Shown here piece by piece: positions 1 to 9,964 of a stretch of DNA of 32,833 nt. The stretch is from a virus. Taxonomy: Duplodnaviria > Caudoviricetes. The position numbers and the translations under genes are program-made. The stretch spans positions 1-32,833 of IMG/VR virus record IMGVR_UViG_3300017544_000009. One strand, written 5' to 3'. The notes under the pieces are model-generated. The model saw only the letters and a program-made list of their open reading frames with translations. It was not told the DNA's origin and did no database searches. The stretch's first letter is position 1; every line of letters begins with the position of its first letter.

Positions 1-76
1 CCCCACGGTCGGCCGGATGATTTACATAGCCGCCTTCCTTCGCGATGGTGGCCTCGATCATGGTTTCAATGGTCAC
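1..76 (-). CDS. Endolysin, glycoside hydrolase family 108 (5' part only; runs off the window)
   Basis: My translation from GTG at 76: MTIETMIEATIAKEGGYVNHPADRG. EGGYVNHPxDxGG is the GH108 N-terminal signature. AGGAG RBS upstream. Not in the ORF track. Confidence 0.85.
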   Translation of the reverse strand, partial: MTIETMIEATIAKEGGYVNHPADRG

Positions 77-248
77 GGCGAAGGCTCCTTTCCGCCTGTT
101 CAGCCAGTTTTCGCAGTGCTTCGGGAACCGGGTCGGCCAAGGCCTCGATGAACGCCGCCGCCAGCGGGTTGCCCTGCGCCGCACAAGCCCTTGTCAGGTC
201 ATCGGCAGCGCACTTTCGGGCCCGGATTGCGTCTCTCGCTTCGCACAT
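66..248 (-). CDS. Hypothetical 60-aa protein in the lysis module
   Basis: ATG at 248 overlaps the upstream stop (TGATG). MCEARDAIRARK...RRDH. 3' end overlaps the endolysin start. Confidence 0.6.
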   Translation of the reverse strand: MCEARDAIRARKCAADDLTRACAAQGNPLAAAFIEALADPVPEALRKLAEQAERSLRRDH

Positions 249-469
249 CACTTTCGCTCCATACCTTGGATGGTGACAACCAAGGCTGACAGTGAAGCTG
301 CGAGCGACTTGTCCGCCTCGGCGCGATCCTTGCGAACTACCATATCTTCTTCTCGTTCCGCCTTCCGGTCGGAGCGCGTGAGAAGTTCGCGCCACACCAT
401 GAAGCCGATCAGCAGGCCAGGTGCGCCGAACTGCGTTGCAAGCTGTGCTATGATGCTAGTTTCAGCCAT
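248..469 (-). CDS. Putative holin-like membrane protein
   Basis: One hydrophobic segment (QFGAPGLLIGFMVW) followed by a charged helical tail. Lies just upstream of the endolysin. Holin role inferred from position. Confidence 0.55.
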   Translation of the reverse strand: MAETSIIAQLATQFGAPGLLIGFMVWRELLTRSDRKAEREEDMVVRKDRAEADKSLAASLSALVVTIQGMERK

Positions 470-503
470 TTCCACCCCATGGCGTCATCGCCGGTGCCCC
501 TTG

Positions 504-659
504 TTACTCATCACCGCCCCGGCTCATGCCCGGCACGAACACGAAGGCGAACCACAGCGCGAAGGGAATGGCCCAGAGGAAGGACCAACCCTTGACTAGC
601 GCCACGGCGGCGAGGGATGCGGCGGCTAAGGTGAGTGAGGAACAACGCGGCCCGTTCAC
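504..659 (-). CDS. Small hydrophobic (about 2 TM) hypothetical protein; start uncertain
   Basis: LTLAAASLAAVALV and WSFLWAIPFALWFAFVFVP fill the gap between neighbouring genes. GTG start with a weak RBS. Confidence 0.4.
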   Translation of the reverse strand: MNGPRCSSLTLAAASLAAVALVKGWSFLWAIPFALWFAFVFVPGMSRGGDE

Positions 660-666
660 ACATAAC

Positions 667-936
667 TCACGCCTCGGCCGCGAGCTGAAGATCACTCAAC
701 GCGTGACCAATGTCAGCCTGGGCCTGCTGGTGCGCATTTGTGACACGGCTAAGTATCTGCCGAGCGGAGCCGTCAGGAAGGCGGGCCTGAATTGCCGCTA
801 TCTCTGCAATGGCACCCTCCGCCGAATTGAGCGCGACAATGGCCGCTTGAACTTCGAAAATACTCCGCTGAGCAATCTGACGAGATATCTCGGCCTGTTG
901 GGCGAATAGTTCTGAAATAGTTGGCTCAGTTGGCAT
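667..936 (-). CDS. Hypothetical helical/coiled-coil protein (89 aa) downstream of the tailspike
   Basis: Strong GGAGGTGAGG RBS. Ala/Gln-rich heptad-like sequence. Confidence 0.7.
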   Translation of the reverse strand: MPTEPTISELFAQQAEISRQIAQRSIFEVQAAIVALNSAEGAIAEIAAIQARLPDGSARQILSRVTNAHQQAQADIGHALSDLQLAAEA

Positions 937-987
937 CTTACCTCACCTCCAAAATGAAAGTCACATGATGACGGGCGTCAGAATTTT

Positions 988-2832
988 TTAGACAGCTAAA
1001 CTAATATTGAAGACACCATTTACCGCCACAGGCGACGAAGTAAGGTTGGCACAGCGGACTGTTATGACCACCGGGTCTGTGGCAGGGTCGCTTCCGCCAG
1101 TAACGAAGGCGGACCACACGATTCCTGCCGGCATTGCGAACCGAGGCGACGCCGACACAGCAACCTGCGCAGGAAGTGCGGCAGTGAGTGCAGGGGACAG
1201 AGTCCGATCGACCGTTGCGCCAGCGCCGATCGAACCGAAGTTCAGTGTCGCGCCACTCGTCGCAGTCGCCCGAATAGGCAACCCATTTTTCTGGATGGTG
1301 AGAGTGGAACCGAGTGCCAGTGTTTGCGCTAGCCCCGAGCCTAATGCATCAAGTGAAAACGCCCTGTCACCGATCTGCGTCAGCTCCAAGCGACCAACAT
1401 TGTTAGTACCAAACAGTACAATTTTTCTGAAAAGATCAACGAGCGTGACGCGAGAGTTGGCCGCCGAAGGCGGCATGCTGATGACGTTTGTATCATCCGC
1501 CTCGTTTAGGAACGTAGTCCAGTCCAGAGATGTATACTGAACAAATGATGTTAGCAAACTGCTGCGCTGCCAGACGCTCTTGGGGCCATATTCAGCATAT
1601 ACCTGAAGATTATGTGCCCGGCCTGCCAGTATGACGTCAAAATCGTTGTTTACCACAGCGCGCTGCCCATTGGTCTGTGCAATAACCATGCCGCGCATCC
1701 GCCCCGCTATCAGCGAAATATTTGCATTGTGCTCGATTTCAAAGCCAGCGAGACCGTTCCTCCTTACATCGGCCCAAACATCGCACGTATTATTGTCGCC
1801 GTCATTGCCAGCCGGGAAAAATACACCTCGGCCTTCATTGTAAATCGAAGTGACGGCGAGGCGGCAGTTGTTTCCATGCTCGAACCGGACACCATCACCG
1901 CCGTGATACTGGACCCACACATCGTCGGTCACCTTCCTGGACGCAGTGTTGAGGACCAACCCGTGCGAGCTGTCCCCCGGAATGACCGCCGTTGGCCCTA
2001 TAGTGAGACCCCGAAGACAACCATTTTGGTGGTAGATCGTGCAACCCGCCGCCAGCTTGTCAAAGCGGGTCGAAAGGCGGCCGCTTCCCAAAACATCGCA
2101 CCGCAAGCTGATGTCGTCGCTATAGCCGAAGACGCCTGGCGGGACGCGCAACGCCCTGCCAGCATTATAGGCATCCAGTTCCGCTTTCTGGATTGCTGCC
2201 GTCCAATCGGGTCCGTCCGCCAAGTCCGCATAATCAGTGAGATACAACTCACTGGCAAGGCGGGCCTCGACGGTGGTCCTCCCGAACCTGATTATTTGCC
2301 CGCCGATCTCTGCAAGATCCTGCCGCAACCCCAAATCGGCGCCGGTCCCTTCAGAAAGCACGATCGTCTGCCCATCAGCGGCAAAAGAGAGGAAGCGACT
2401 GGCGCGTGAACCCGCCGCTGGCAGCGTCAGATCGGCCTCTTCACCAAGGGGCGCTTTGATCGAGCGCCCCACGTCGCGCTTCAGGGCAATGTCGCGGACC
2501 GCCGCCTTATCGAACTGCGCATTCAAACCCTTTGGGGTGAACGGCCCCTCCCCGGTATATTGCCCCTCGCGCGTGAACATCGGTTCGGAAACGATGTAAA
2601 GACTACCCGATCCGACGCCGGGCGCGACGGTGAATTCCACCGTGCCGCCCTCCAGATCCGTGTCGACGAATGCGGTGTAATCGGCCGACGGGATCACGGA
2701 CCAGCCATCACCCGTATCGCGGTACACGTCGATTTCATCCGCCGACCCCGCCTTGAAGTCGAAGGCGAACACGGTAGTCGCGCCGTTCGGAATATAAGGT
2801 CCGGTAATCGATGAGGTGACTGTAACTGCCAT
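988..2832 (-). CDS. Tail fibre / tailspike (receptor-binding protein with probable beta-helix depolymerase domain)
   Basis: N-terminus GPYIPNGATTVFAFDF...LNAQFDK resembles podovirus (T7 gp17-like) virion anchors. DWTAAIQKA...LRVPPGVF marks a pectate-lyase-like beta-helix start. Follows the ejection proteins. Confidence 0.85.
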   Translation of the reverse strand: MAVTVTSSITGPYIPNGATTVFAFDFKAGSADEIDVYRDTGDGWSVIPSADYTAFVDTDLEGGTVEFTVAPGVGSGSLYIVSEPMFTREGQYTGEGPFTPKGLNAQFDKAAVRDIALKRDVGRSIKAPLGEEADLTLPAAGSRASRFLSFAADGQTIVLSEGTGADLGLRQDLAEIGGQIIRFGRTTVEARLASELYLTDYADLADGPDWTAAIQKAELDAYNAGRALRVPPGVFGYSDDISLRCDVLGSGRLSTRFDKLAAGCTIYHQNGCLRGLTIGPTAVIPGDSSHGLVLNTASRKVTDDVWVQYHGGDGVRFEHGNNCRLAVTSIYNEGRGVFFPAGNDGDNNTCDVWADVRRNGLAGFEIEHNANISLIAGRMRGMVIAQTNGQRAVVNNDFDVILAGRAHNLQVYAEYGPKSVWQRSSLLTSFVQYTSLDWTTFLNEADDTNVISMPPSAANSRVTLVDLFRKIVLFGTNNVGRLELTQIGDRAFSLDALGSGLAQTLALGSTLTIQKNGLPIRATATSGATLNFGSIGAGATVDRTLSPALTAALPAQVAVSASPRFAMPAGIVWSAFVTGGSDPATDPVVITVRCANLTSSPVAVNGVFNISLAV

Positions 2833-2862
2833 CGTGCGTCCCAGCGGTTTGCGCTGGGTATC

Positions 2863-2904
2863 GGCTTACCCGTGGGCAGGGGGCGAAAGCTGGGGTTTGC
2901 ACAG
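2863..2904 (-). promoter_or_regulatory. Putative late promoter 3: CTGTGCA-N29-TAAGCC
   Basis: Same 7-mer, 29-nt spacer and TARRCC hexamer as at 16262-16303 and 21344-21385. Intergenic, upstream of the tailspike. Confidence 0.7.
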
Positions 2905-2967
2905 TGGCTTGAGCGCGGGGGCAGAGCGGTGCTATGAGCTGACGGATGGACAGGGGATTGGCAGGGG

Positions 2968-3444
2968 ATGACTGAGCGAGCGGTGAGATTTGCCTGGTAT
3001 GCCATCAGCGGAGCGCTAGCTGGATGGGGTTTGGGCTATGGCATCGCGCCGAGTTCCCCAACTCTTCAAGTCTTCATGGCTGCCCTTGTGGGGTGGTTCA
3101 TCGCGAAAGCTAATGTCGAGATGGACGAAGATCGGGACTTCCCGACCAAGGAACATGTGCGCGGCATATTGCCGCGCCTGCGAGCGAATGTGCATTTCCT
3201 GAGTGGGGGAACGCTAGGAGAGGCGGGGGCGCTGCGATTGACATTCATCGCATTGGGCTTCGCAGTCGTGTTCTGGTTCGCGCGCGATGCTACGGAGGGT
3301 ATCGCCTATGATTGGTTCGGCTATGATGCTCAGGAGTTTGTTGAAGATCGATGGCCAATCGTCATAGCCGCGTTAATCGCTTTGCTCGGCACATACCGAT
3401 ACCTAATAGCCAAGGACAATAGGGGCCGGGTCAGTCCTCCTTAA
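2968..3444 (+). CDS. Multi-TM membrane protein inserted antisense in the late region (moron)
   Basis: About four hydrophobic segments. Opposite strand to all neighbours. AGGGG RBS and TTGAGC...TGCTAT promoter-like sequence at about 2909-2938. Confidence 0.75.
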   Translation: MTERAVRFAWYAISGALAGWGLGYGIAPSSPTLQVFMAALVGWFIAKANVEMDEDRDFPTKEHVRGILPRLRANVHFLSGGTLGEAGALRLTFIALGFAVVFWFARDATEGIAYDWFGYDAQEFVEDRWPIVIAALIALLGTYRYLIAKDNRGRVSPP

Positions 3445-6400
3445 TCTTCCCCTTCGTCAAACCTTCCCACCAATCCCCGAACGTCTCGGGATGCTGGTCG
3501 CCCGCGCCAACATCGACGAGGAATTGCGCCGACGCCGCCATCTGGCCGGTCACAGGCGCGCCGAGGTAGCCAGCGGTTTCAAGAATGTTCCGCGTTGCCC
3601 GCTTCGTTTCCTCGCCTTCGACCAGACGTTTTATGTCCTTCGCCGCGTTCACGATGGAATTGCCAACGCCGCTGGCGGGTGTGAAGTTATAACCGAAGCC
3701 GGACGCCAGACCGCCAGCGATATCTCGGACGACAGGGATCGGTCCCAGAGCGGAGAGGCCGATCTTCTCCAGCGCCCATAACGTCCAGTCTTCATCATCT
3801 TCTGGTGGCCGCCCTGCGACCAGTTCGGAGGCTAAGGCGGGCAGGAAATACAGCATGACCGTGCGGGCTAGCAGGCCGGGGAAGTCCTGCACTGAGCCGC
3901 TGCGGAATGCCGTGCCATAGTCGCGGGCAAGCGTGCGCTGACGCTGATAGAAGGCGCTCATGTAACTGTAGAACATGGTGAGCAGCTTGCCCGCTTCGCC
4001 TGCCGCTCCCTTGCCGCGCTGGATTGCTGCCAGATCCTTGCCCGCTCCAGCGCCCTGTGACTGCCGCACCGTCTTGTCAGCAAAGGCGATAGCATCGCTG
4101 TCGGGCATGCCGTCATTCAGCGCCTTGTTGTAAGCCCCAATCCAGCCCGCTGTCGAAACGAAGCGGTCCATCATGCCGATGAAGTAGAAGCCGAACCGCT
4201 TCACGTCCGACAGGAAACCAAACTTCGATTGCTCACGCTGTATGGCGTCCCGAATATCCCGGTCCAGCGTCTCCGTGCGCGCCGCGACTTCCTGACTATT
4301 CTCCAGCACGAAGCGCATCGTCTCGACCGGGGCCTTCGCGAACCGATAGACACCTTCCACCGCCCAGCGCGAACCGATCCGCTCAGCAGTATTGAACACA
4401 CCCGCCAACTGCATCAGCGTGGTCGAAGCCCGATAGCCCATGCCGACGAATGTGGCGTTGGTCCGCAGGCCCTTCACCATCTTCTCGACCGATCCCATAC
4501 CCTGCGCGTCATAGGCGAACTCGTTGGCGATGTGCTGGAGCCAGGGGTTGAACTGCTTCTGGACATGCTCACCCAGCGTATCGCGCACAGCCTTGATGAT
4601 CCGCTTGTCATTGAGGAAGCGGTGGGCGTCGATCACGGCTTCGCGGTGCGTGATGTCATGGATCACTTCCCCAACATGCCGAGAGATGACCGAGAGCGAT
4701 AGCATGACAGGGCGCTCAACCTCCGTCCGCTCATTGGTCGAACCGGCGCGGGTGTTTGCGCGGCGATAGGCGCTTTCGAACAGCTTGTCGCCGCTGATCG
4801 CGTTCTGCCGTTCCGTGTCGAGCGAACGGGTCGGGTCATAGACGACAGGATAATAGCCGCCTCGCAGCTCGCCTGCGCTGGTCATGATCGGCCGCGCTTC
4901 GACCTTATCCGGTTCGACGCCGTTAACCCGCCGCTCCAGCGCCGCGATGTCAGGCCAGAGCGTATCGATGATGTCCCACGTCTTCTGGACGAACCGCCAT
5001 TCCTGCGGTGTCAGTTCCGCGTTGAGCGCATCAAGGATAGACTGCTGATTCCAGTTATAGCCCCCCGCCAGTTTACGAGCGTTGCCCTCGTTTCCCATGT
5101 TCAGCGCCATGGCGATCAGCTTGTCCCGCGTCATGACAGCAGGACGGCCCGTATCCGGGTCGATCATGGTGAGCGTGACCTTCTGGCCCCACCGCTTGCG
5201 GGTTGCCTCCGGCACCTCCGTGCGAGCGGCTTCCAGTTGCCGCATCATGTCGGCGGTGCGCTTGCGGCGCTCCTCCTGGGCGTCGACGAACCGCTGGAAT
5301 ACGACGCGGTTGAACACGCCGCTGGGTCCCTGATCGAGCCAGTCGAAAACCGTCTCCATCTTGAGCATCGCGGCATCAAGGCCAAGGACGAAGGACTTTG
5401 CCTTGTCGAACCAGCCCGGCTCATCGAACGAGGCGTCGGCGGGCTTCTGCGGGAGCATGGACGTTGTGGCGAGGGCCTCCCCGACAACAGCCTCGTATTC
5501 GCGCTCTTCTTTTGCGTCGAGTAGGCGTTGTTTCAGTCGCCCCAGATGCATGATCTGTTTCACGGCGGCATCGAGGCCGAGCAACTGATCGACGGTGAGG
5601 CGCGACCAGTTCGTGGACCCCAGCGTCGCGGCGAAGGATGGCGGAACGATCATGTCGCGTCCTGCTTCCTCCTGTTCCCGCGCCCACGCCTCGAAACTCT
5701 CCTGCCGGTCGATGGACCGCTGCGACCTCTGTTTCAGGTCGACCTGTTCCAGCAACCCTTGCGCGCGCTCCAGATAGTCCTGATCAACCGTTTCCATCGT
5801 GCGCTTCGACGCAACCTTGCTCATGCGTTTGACGGCAGATTCAATCTCGTCAGCCGCGCGCTTGGCTTCCGACACTAGCGCATTGTTCAGCATTTGGGCC
5901 TGCTTCTGGCGGAAGGCTTCGGCATTTTCGCCAGCGATCACCGCGTCCATTGCGGCCTTGCCTGCCTTCGCCGCCGCACGCTGATAGCGCTGGATCGAAG
6001 CACGGGATGCGACATCGGCGACCCGGCCCTCCCTTATGGACCGCGCAGCCCAATCCTTTGCTACGCGATAGGGCGTGACGCGCTGTCCGGTGGAACGGGC
6101 GAGAACACGCATCTCGGCGGCGATCACCTCGCCCTGCTGATCGTTATGGATGATCGCGAGGGCTTCTTCTTCAATCGAACCATCGGTGAAGGGGTCGCCA
6201 TATCGCTCCAGCATGATCCGATCGACTTCCTGATCTATCAGCGCCTTCCGCACCGACCGCTGATCACCTCCTTCCCTCAATTGCCGACGCGCGGTCTCCA
6301 CGCCGATCAGAGCGCGGACCATCTCATCGCCGGATGTGAAGCCGGACAGTTCGGCTACCTCATCTGGATTGGCCCCGCCTTCTTTGAAGATCGGGGGAAC

Positions 6401-9400
6401 ATTCTTTGGCAGCATGGCGGGCGCGTCTTCGCCCAGGGCCGCCCTGATCCATGTCGCATCCAGCGGCGCTTTTTGCGCTTGACGCAAGGCGCGGAACTCA
6501 GGACGGGCATCCACAGACGCGGCAACGTCCGCTTCCACCGTCGATCGCCGGTCCTGATATTCCTTCGTCACCCGGCGCTTCACTGCGTTCATGACCTTGG
6601 CGAGCAGGGCGTCATGGGCGGCCCCGCGCGCCTGCTCCGTCGACGCCTGATAGGCCCCGAACTCCTCCTCCGTCATCGTGTCAGGCTTGTCGGTGAACAG
6701 CGCCTCGATGCTCTGGGCCTGCCGCGCCTGCTCGATTTCCTCGTCGGTGGCGACCAGCCTGTCCATGACGGCGCGGATTTCTGGCGTGATAGGGGAGCGT
6801 AACCGGTCGACGCTGCGATAGACAGCAACCAGCCATGATTTGAACTGCTCGAAGGCGCGGCGCAGCATCGGGGTGGGAGCCTTGCCCTCCATCAGATACC
6901 GCTCGATGCCACGCGCCCATAGTTCATGGGCGTCGGTCGGGATTGACCCATCTTCCAACGGATGGCCATTGGCCGCGAACCAGTCCTGCACGGTTTGCCA
7001 GTCTGCCTTGATCTGGTTGGTTGCCCCTTCCTCCAACGCATCAGCGCGCAGTTGCTCAAGCCAGAGGTGGCCGGTTTCGTGCAGGAAGGTTGACTGGTCG
7101 CGGGACTGGAAAAGTTCGATGACGCTGGGACCGGATCCGAAGCCAGCGGACGGGAACACGATGCGGCCACGGGGGCCGTCGTTATAGGATTGGTAGAAAT
7201 CGGTAATCTTTTTTGCTATATTGCGATCTGCGGCGCTGGAAAGGCGAGCTGTGTCATCCTTTCCGTCATTACCGGCAGTGTCTGACGTCGTGCCGGTAGC
7301 GCCGTCTTCCCTCTTCTGAAAAGCCGTCAGAAGCCAGTGCTTGGCTTGATCGTCCCAAGTCAGGCGCACCGCAGCGCGATGATCGGCGCTTTCCAGATTG
7401 ACGCGGTTCTTGCTCCGCGATTTGACGCGCATTGCCGAGAGGACGCCCTGCAAATCCCCCACGATTTCAGGATGCCACCTGACGAGCTTTGCAAGGCCGT
7501 AGCCATCGCTCGCGCCAGTTCCTGCTTCTCCCCAGACCAGATCAATGTCGCCAATCTCCGGGTGGTGCAGCGCGGCGATAGCTTCACCATTCCTTTCCTC
7601 CGCCAGACGGGCAATAGCGCCAGCCGCATCGTGGCGGTATTGCCGATAGACCGGGCCGAACGGTCCCACCTCAGATTGATTGAACGCCCGCCCCTCGCTC
7701 TCCTGCTGATAGGCAGCGATTGCGTCCTTGATCTCCTTGCGGCTCGCTGCGTCCGGATCAATCCCCCGGTTCTCCAGCATGGCGCGCAATTCCTGCGCCG
7801 CATCGCGAAGGGTCTTTTCCTGCGCGACCAGATGGCGGTCGCGGCCCGCCACCCCTTCGGCAATGGCTTCGAGCAGGTCATTCGCAGTGGGTCGCGTGTC
7901 GCCAAACTCAGGGAAGTACCCCGCTTCCCACGCGCGCTGCGCCCACTGGTCGGCGCCGTACTCATTGATGCCGAGGCCACCTTCATCGATCGACGCCTGA
8001 TTGCTGCTGTCGGAGCGGACCAGCTTGCGCTTACCGGGCTTGCCCTTGTGCCAGGCATCAGCGCCCATGGCCTTGAGATCGCCACCCGTATCCTCAATAC
8101 CACCGCCGCGCGAGATGAAATCCATAAGCGACGGACCAAGGGCAGTCTTGGCCTCCTTCCCGCCCTTCATGGTCTCGATCAGGATATCGGTATTATCCGC
8201 TGCCTGTATCTGGGCGAGGGCAGGCGGGAGGATTTGCCGCACCTCGACAGGATCGAACTCCTGTCCCGTCAGGTCGCGCCCCATGCGCGCCGCGCGGGTT
8301 GCTTCGCGCTGGGTCAGCAGTTCCGCCTGCTGGATAGCCGTGGCAGGGGTGAAGCCCGCGTTCATGAGCTTGTCGGCGATGGACTGCTGCAACTTCTGGC
8401 GAGGCTCCTGCGCCACCCGTGCCGCTTCCGCCTCCTGCGCGGCCTGTTCTGATAGCTGATCCATGACATCGGCCATGGCTTCATCGAACGTGCGCGCCTC
8501 ATTGAAGGACATGCCGCCAGCAGACAGACGCATATCGTCCTTCAGTGCCGACCATGCCGGGGTATTTGCAATGCGGGTCAGTTCACCCACTGGCAGGACC
8601 AGATCGCCGCCTGTGGCATAGGCTTCGTCCACGGCATCACGGAAGCTGTCAAACTCGCCCGAATATCCGTCGGACTGCTCATAAGCGCGCAGAGCTTCAG
8701 CTGGAATGAACACACGATCCGCACCGGTATCGTCACCCAACTGCTGGACTAGATCCGCGACGGCATCAGGCGACCGTCCCATGGTCTTGGCCTTGCCTGT
8801 GGCATCCGCAACCTGTTCGAGGAAGGCGGCATTGAGGCTGGCGCGTTCCGCCTGCTGGCGACGATCAATCATGTCGCCTGCGATCCGGGCAGTCCGCTCA
8901 GCAGCCTTCGTGACAGCGACAGTGGTGCCGACGCCGCCGATGGTCGCGGCGAGCGTTTCAGCAGCAGCAGCGGGACGCTCTGCAATAAACTCCCTGATCG
9001 TCTTATCCGGGTTGAGCGTCGCCCATTCATTGAGGTCTTGCAGGACCGTCGCCGCCTGCTCGCCAGGGATTTCCGCCGCAAGCTGACGCATCAGCGTTTT
9101 GCCGATAGGCGACTTTGCGGCCAGATCGCCCACCAGTCGCGACACCGGCAGCTTTTCCGTGATGAACTCGACCGCGCCCTGCGATGCCCCATAGATAGCG
9201 GAACGTGGCACGGACAGCCCTTTACTGCGTGCCTCCGCATATTCATTCCCCGCCACCGACGCACCCATGACGGATGCGCCAGCGGTCGGACCAGCCACAA
9301 CGCCAACGCCAACAGATGCCGCAGTCGTGGGCAGGCTTTCGACGCCTTGCAGCAGATTGCGAGCCAGCCAATTCTCGACATTGGGCCGCGCTTTAGCCGC

Positions 9401-9964
9401 AGCCGTCTTGTCAGAAGCCTGAAGGCCAAGTGCATAATCAGCGACGAGGCGCGGCAACGACCTGACACCCGCGCGCCGCTCAGCATCTGAAGATGGCGAC
9501 AGAGCGTCGAGATTTTCGGCCAGTCCACCGATTGCGCCATAGATGCCGCCCAACGCGGTCCACGTTCCCGCCTCCAGCGTCTTGCCGAAATTCTTCAGGC
9601 CATAGAAGGCCTTCCCGAACAGAGAGAGATTGTCATAATCATCCGCTGCGATGGCCGCGTTGCCGGGTTTCGCAGACCAGCGACCGATGGCGGGATATTG
9701 CGACATGACGTTCTTGGCCTTGGCGGCGCGAGCCTCTGCTTCGAACGCAGGGAGATTGCTGGCAACGGCAGACGGGGCAAGGCCGCGTGGCTCGGCAAGC
9801 GCGCGGGCGCGGGCTTCCTCATCCGGCCTGGCGACCTTGATACGATAGGCCAGTTCATCGTCGCGCTGCTGCCGCAATTCCGCTTCGAACGGATCGTCGC
9901 CTTGCACCGGCTGCGAGGACTTCGCCCGCATGGAATCAAGATATTTGAAGGGGTCGGTTGCCAT
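3431..9964 (-). CDS. Large internal virion (ejection) protein, polyvalent type, with BECR-type nuclease-like insert and HExxH metallopeptidase motif
   Basis: 2177 aa in the T7 gp16-equivalent position. IGDIDLVWGE...GYGLAK...WLLTAF segment at about 7310-7670. STFLHETGHLWL with HETGH at 7067-7081. Confidence 0.8.
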   Translation of the reverse strand: MATDPFKYLDSMRAKSSQPVQGDDPFEAELRQQRDDELAYRIKVARPDEEARARALAEPRGLAPSAVASNLPAFEAEARAAKAKNVMSQYPAIGRWSAKPGNAAIAADDYDNLSLFGKAFYGLKNFGKTLEAGTWTALGGIYGAIGGLAENLDALSPSSDAERRAGVRSLPRLVADYALGLQASDKTAAAKARPNVENWLARNLLQGVESLPTTAASVGVGVVAGPTAGASVMGASVAGNEYAEARSKGLSVPRSAIYGASQGAVEFITEKLPVSRLVGDLAAKSPIGKTLMRQLAAEIPGEQAATVLQDLNEWATLNPDKTIREFIAERPAAAAETLAATIGGVGTTVAVTKAAERTARIAGDMIDRRQQAERASLNAAFLEQVADATGKAKTMGRSPDAVADLVQQLGDDTGADRVFIPAEALRAYEQSDGYSGEFDSFRDAVDEAYATGGDLVLPVGELTRIANTPAWSALKDDMRLSAGGMSFNEARTFDEAMADVMDQLSEQAAQEAEAARVAQEPRQKLQQSIADKLMNAGFTPATAIQQAELLTQREATRAARMGRDLTGQEFDPVEVRQILPPALAQIQAADNTDILIETMKGGKEAKTALGPSLMDFISRGGGIEDTGGDLKAMGADAWHKGKPGKRKLVRSDSSNQASIDEGGLGINEYGADQWAQRAWEAGYFPEFGDTRPTANDLLEAIAEGVAGRDRHLVAQEKTLRDAAQELRAMLENRGIDPDAASRKEIKDAIAAYQQESEGRAFNQSEVGPFGPVYRQYRHDAAGAIARLAEERNGEAIAALHHPEIGDIDLVWGEAGTGASDGYGLAKLVRWHPEIVGDLQGVLSAMRVKSRSKNRVNLESADHRAAVRLTWDDQAKHWLLTAFQKREDGATGTTSDTAGNDGKDDTARLSSAADRNIAKKITDFYQSYNDGPRGRIVFPSAGFGSGPSVIELFQSRDQSTFLHETGHLWLEQLRADALEEGATNQIKADWQTVQDWFAANGHPLEDGSIPTDAHELWARGIERYLMEGKAPTPMLRRAFEQFKSWLVAVYRSVDRLRSPITPEIRAVMDRLVATDEEIEQARQAQSIEALFTDKPDTMTEEEFGAYQASTEQARGAAHDALLAKVMNAVKRRVTKEYQDRRSTVEADVAASVDARPEFRALRQAQKAPLDATWIRAALGEDAPAMLPKNVPPIFKEGGANPDEVAELSGFTSGDEMVRALIGVETARRQLREGGDQRSVRKALIDQEVDRIMLERYGDPFTDGSIEEEALAIIHNDQQGEVIAAEMRVLARSTGQRVTPYRVAKDWAARSIREGRVADVASRASIQRYQRAAAKAGKAAMDAVIAGENAEAFRQKQAQMLNNALVSEAKRAADEIESAVKRMSKVASKRTMETVDQDYLERAQGLLEQVDLKQRSQRSIDRQESFEAWAREQEEAGRDMIVPPSFAATLGSTNWSRLTVDQLLGLDAAVKQIMHLGRLKQRLLDAKEEREYEAVVGEALATTSMLPQKPADASFDEPGWFDKAKSFVLGLDAAMLKMETVFDWLDQGPSGVFNRVVFQRFVDAQEERRKRTADMMRQLEAARTEVPEATRKRWGQKVTLTMIDPDTGRPAVMTRDKLIAMALNMGNEGNARKLAGGYNWNQQSILDALNAELTPQEWRFVQKTWDIIDTLWPDIAALERRVNGVEPDKVEARPIMTSAGELRGGYYPVVYDPTRSLDTERQNAISGDKLFESAYRRANTRAGSTNERTEVERPVMLSLSVISRHVGEVIHDITHREAVIDAHRFLNDKRIIKAVRDTLGEHVQKQFNPWLQHIANEFAYDAQGMGSVEKMVKGLRTNATFVGMGYRASTTLMQLAGVFNTAERIGSRWAVEGVYRFAKAPVETMRFVLENSQEVAARTETLDRDIRDAIQREQSKFGFLSDVKRFGFYFIGMMDRFVSTAGWIGAYNKALNDGMPDSDAIAFADKTVRQSQGAGAGKDLAAIQRGKGAAGEAGKLLTMFYSYMSAFYQRQRTLARDYGTAFRSGSVQDFPGLLARTVMLYFLPALASELVAGRPPEDDEDWTLWALEKIGLSALGPIPVVRDIAGGLASGFGYNFTPASGVGNSIVNAAKDIKRLVEGEETKRATRNILETAGYLGAPVTGQMAASAQFLVDVGAGDQHPETFGDWWEGLTKGKIKED

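Noticed and set aside
988-2832. Diversity-generating retroelement, given the BPP-1-like virion genes
   Set aside because: No reverse transcriptase and no template/variable repeat pair seen in this window.
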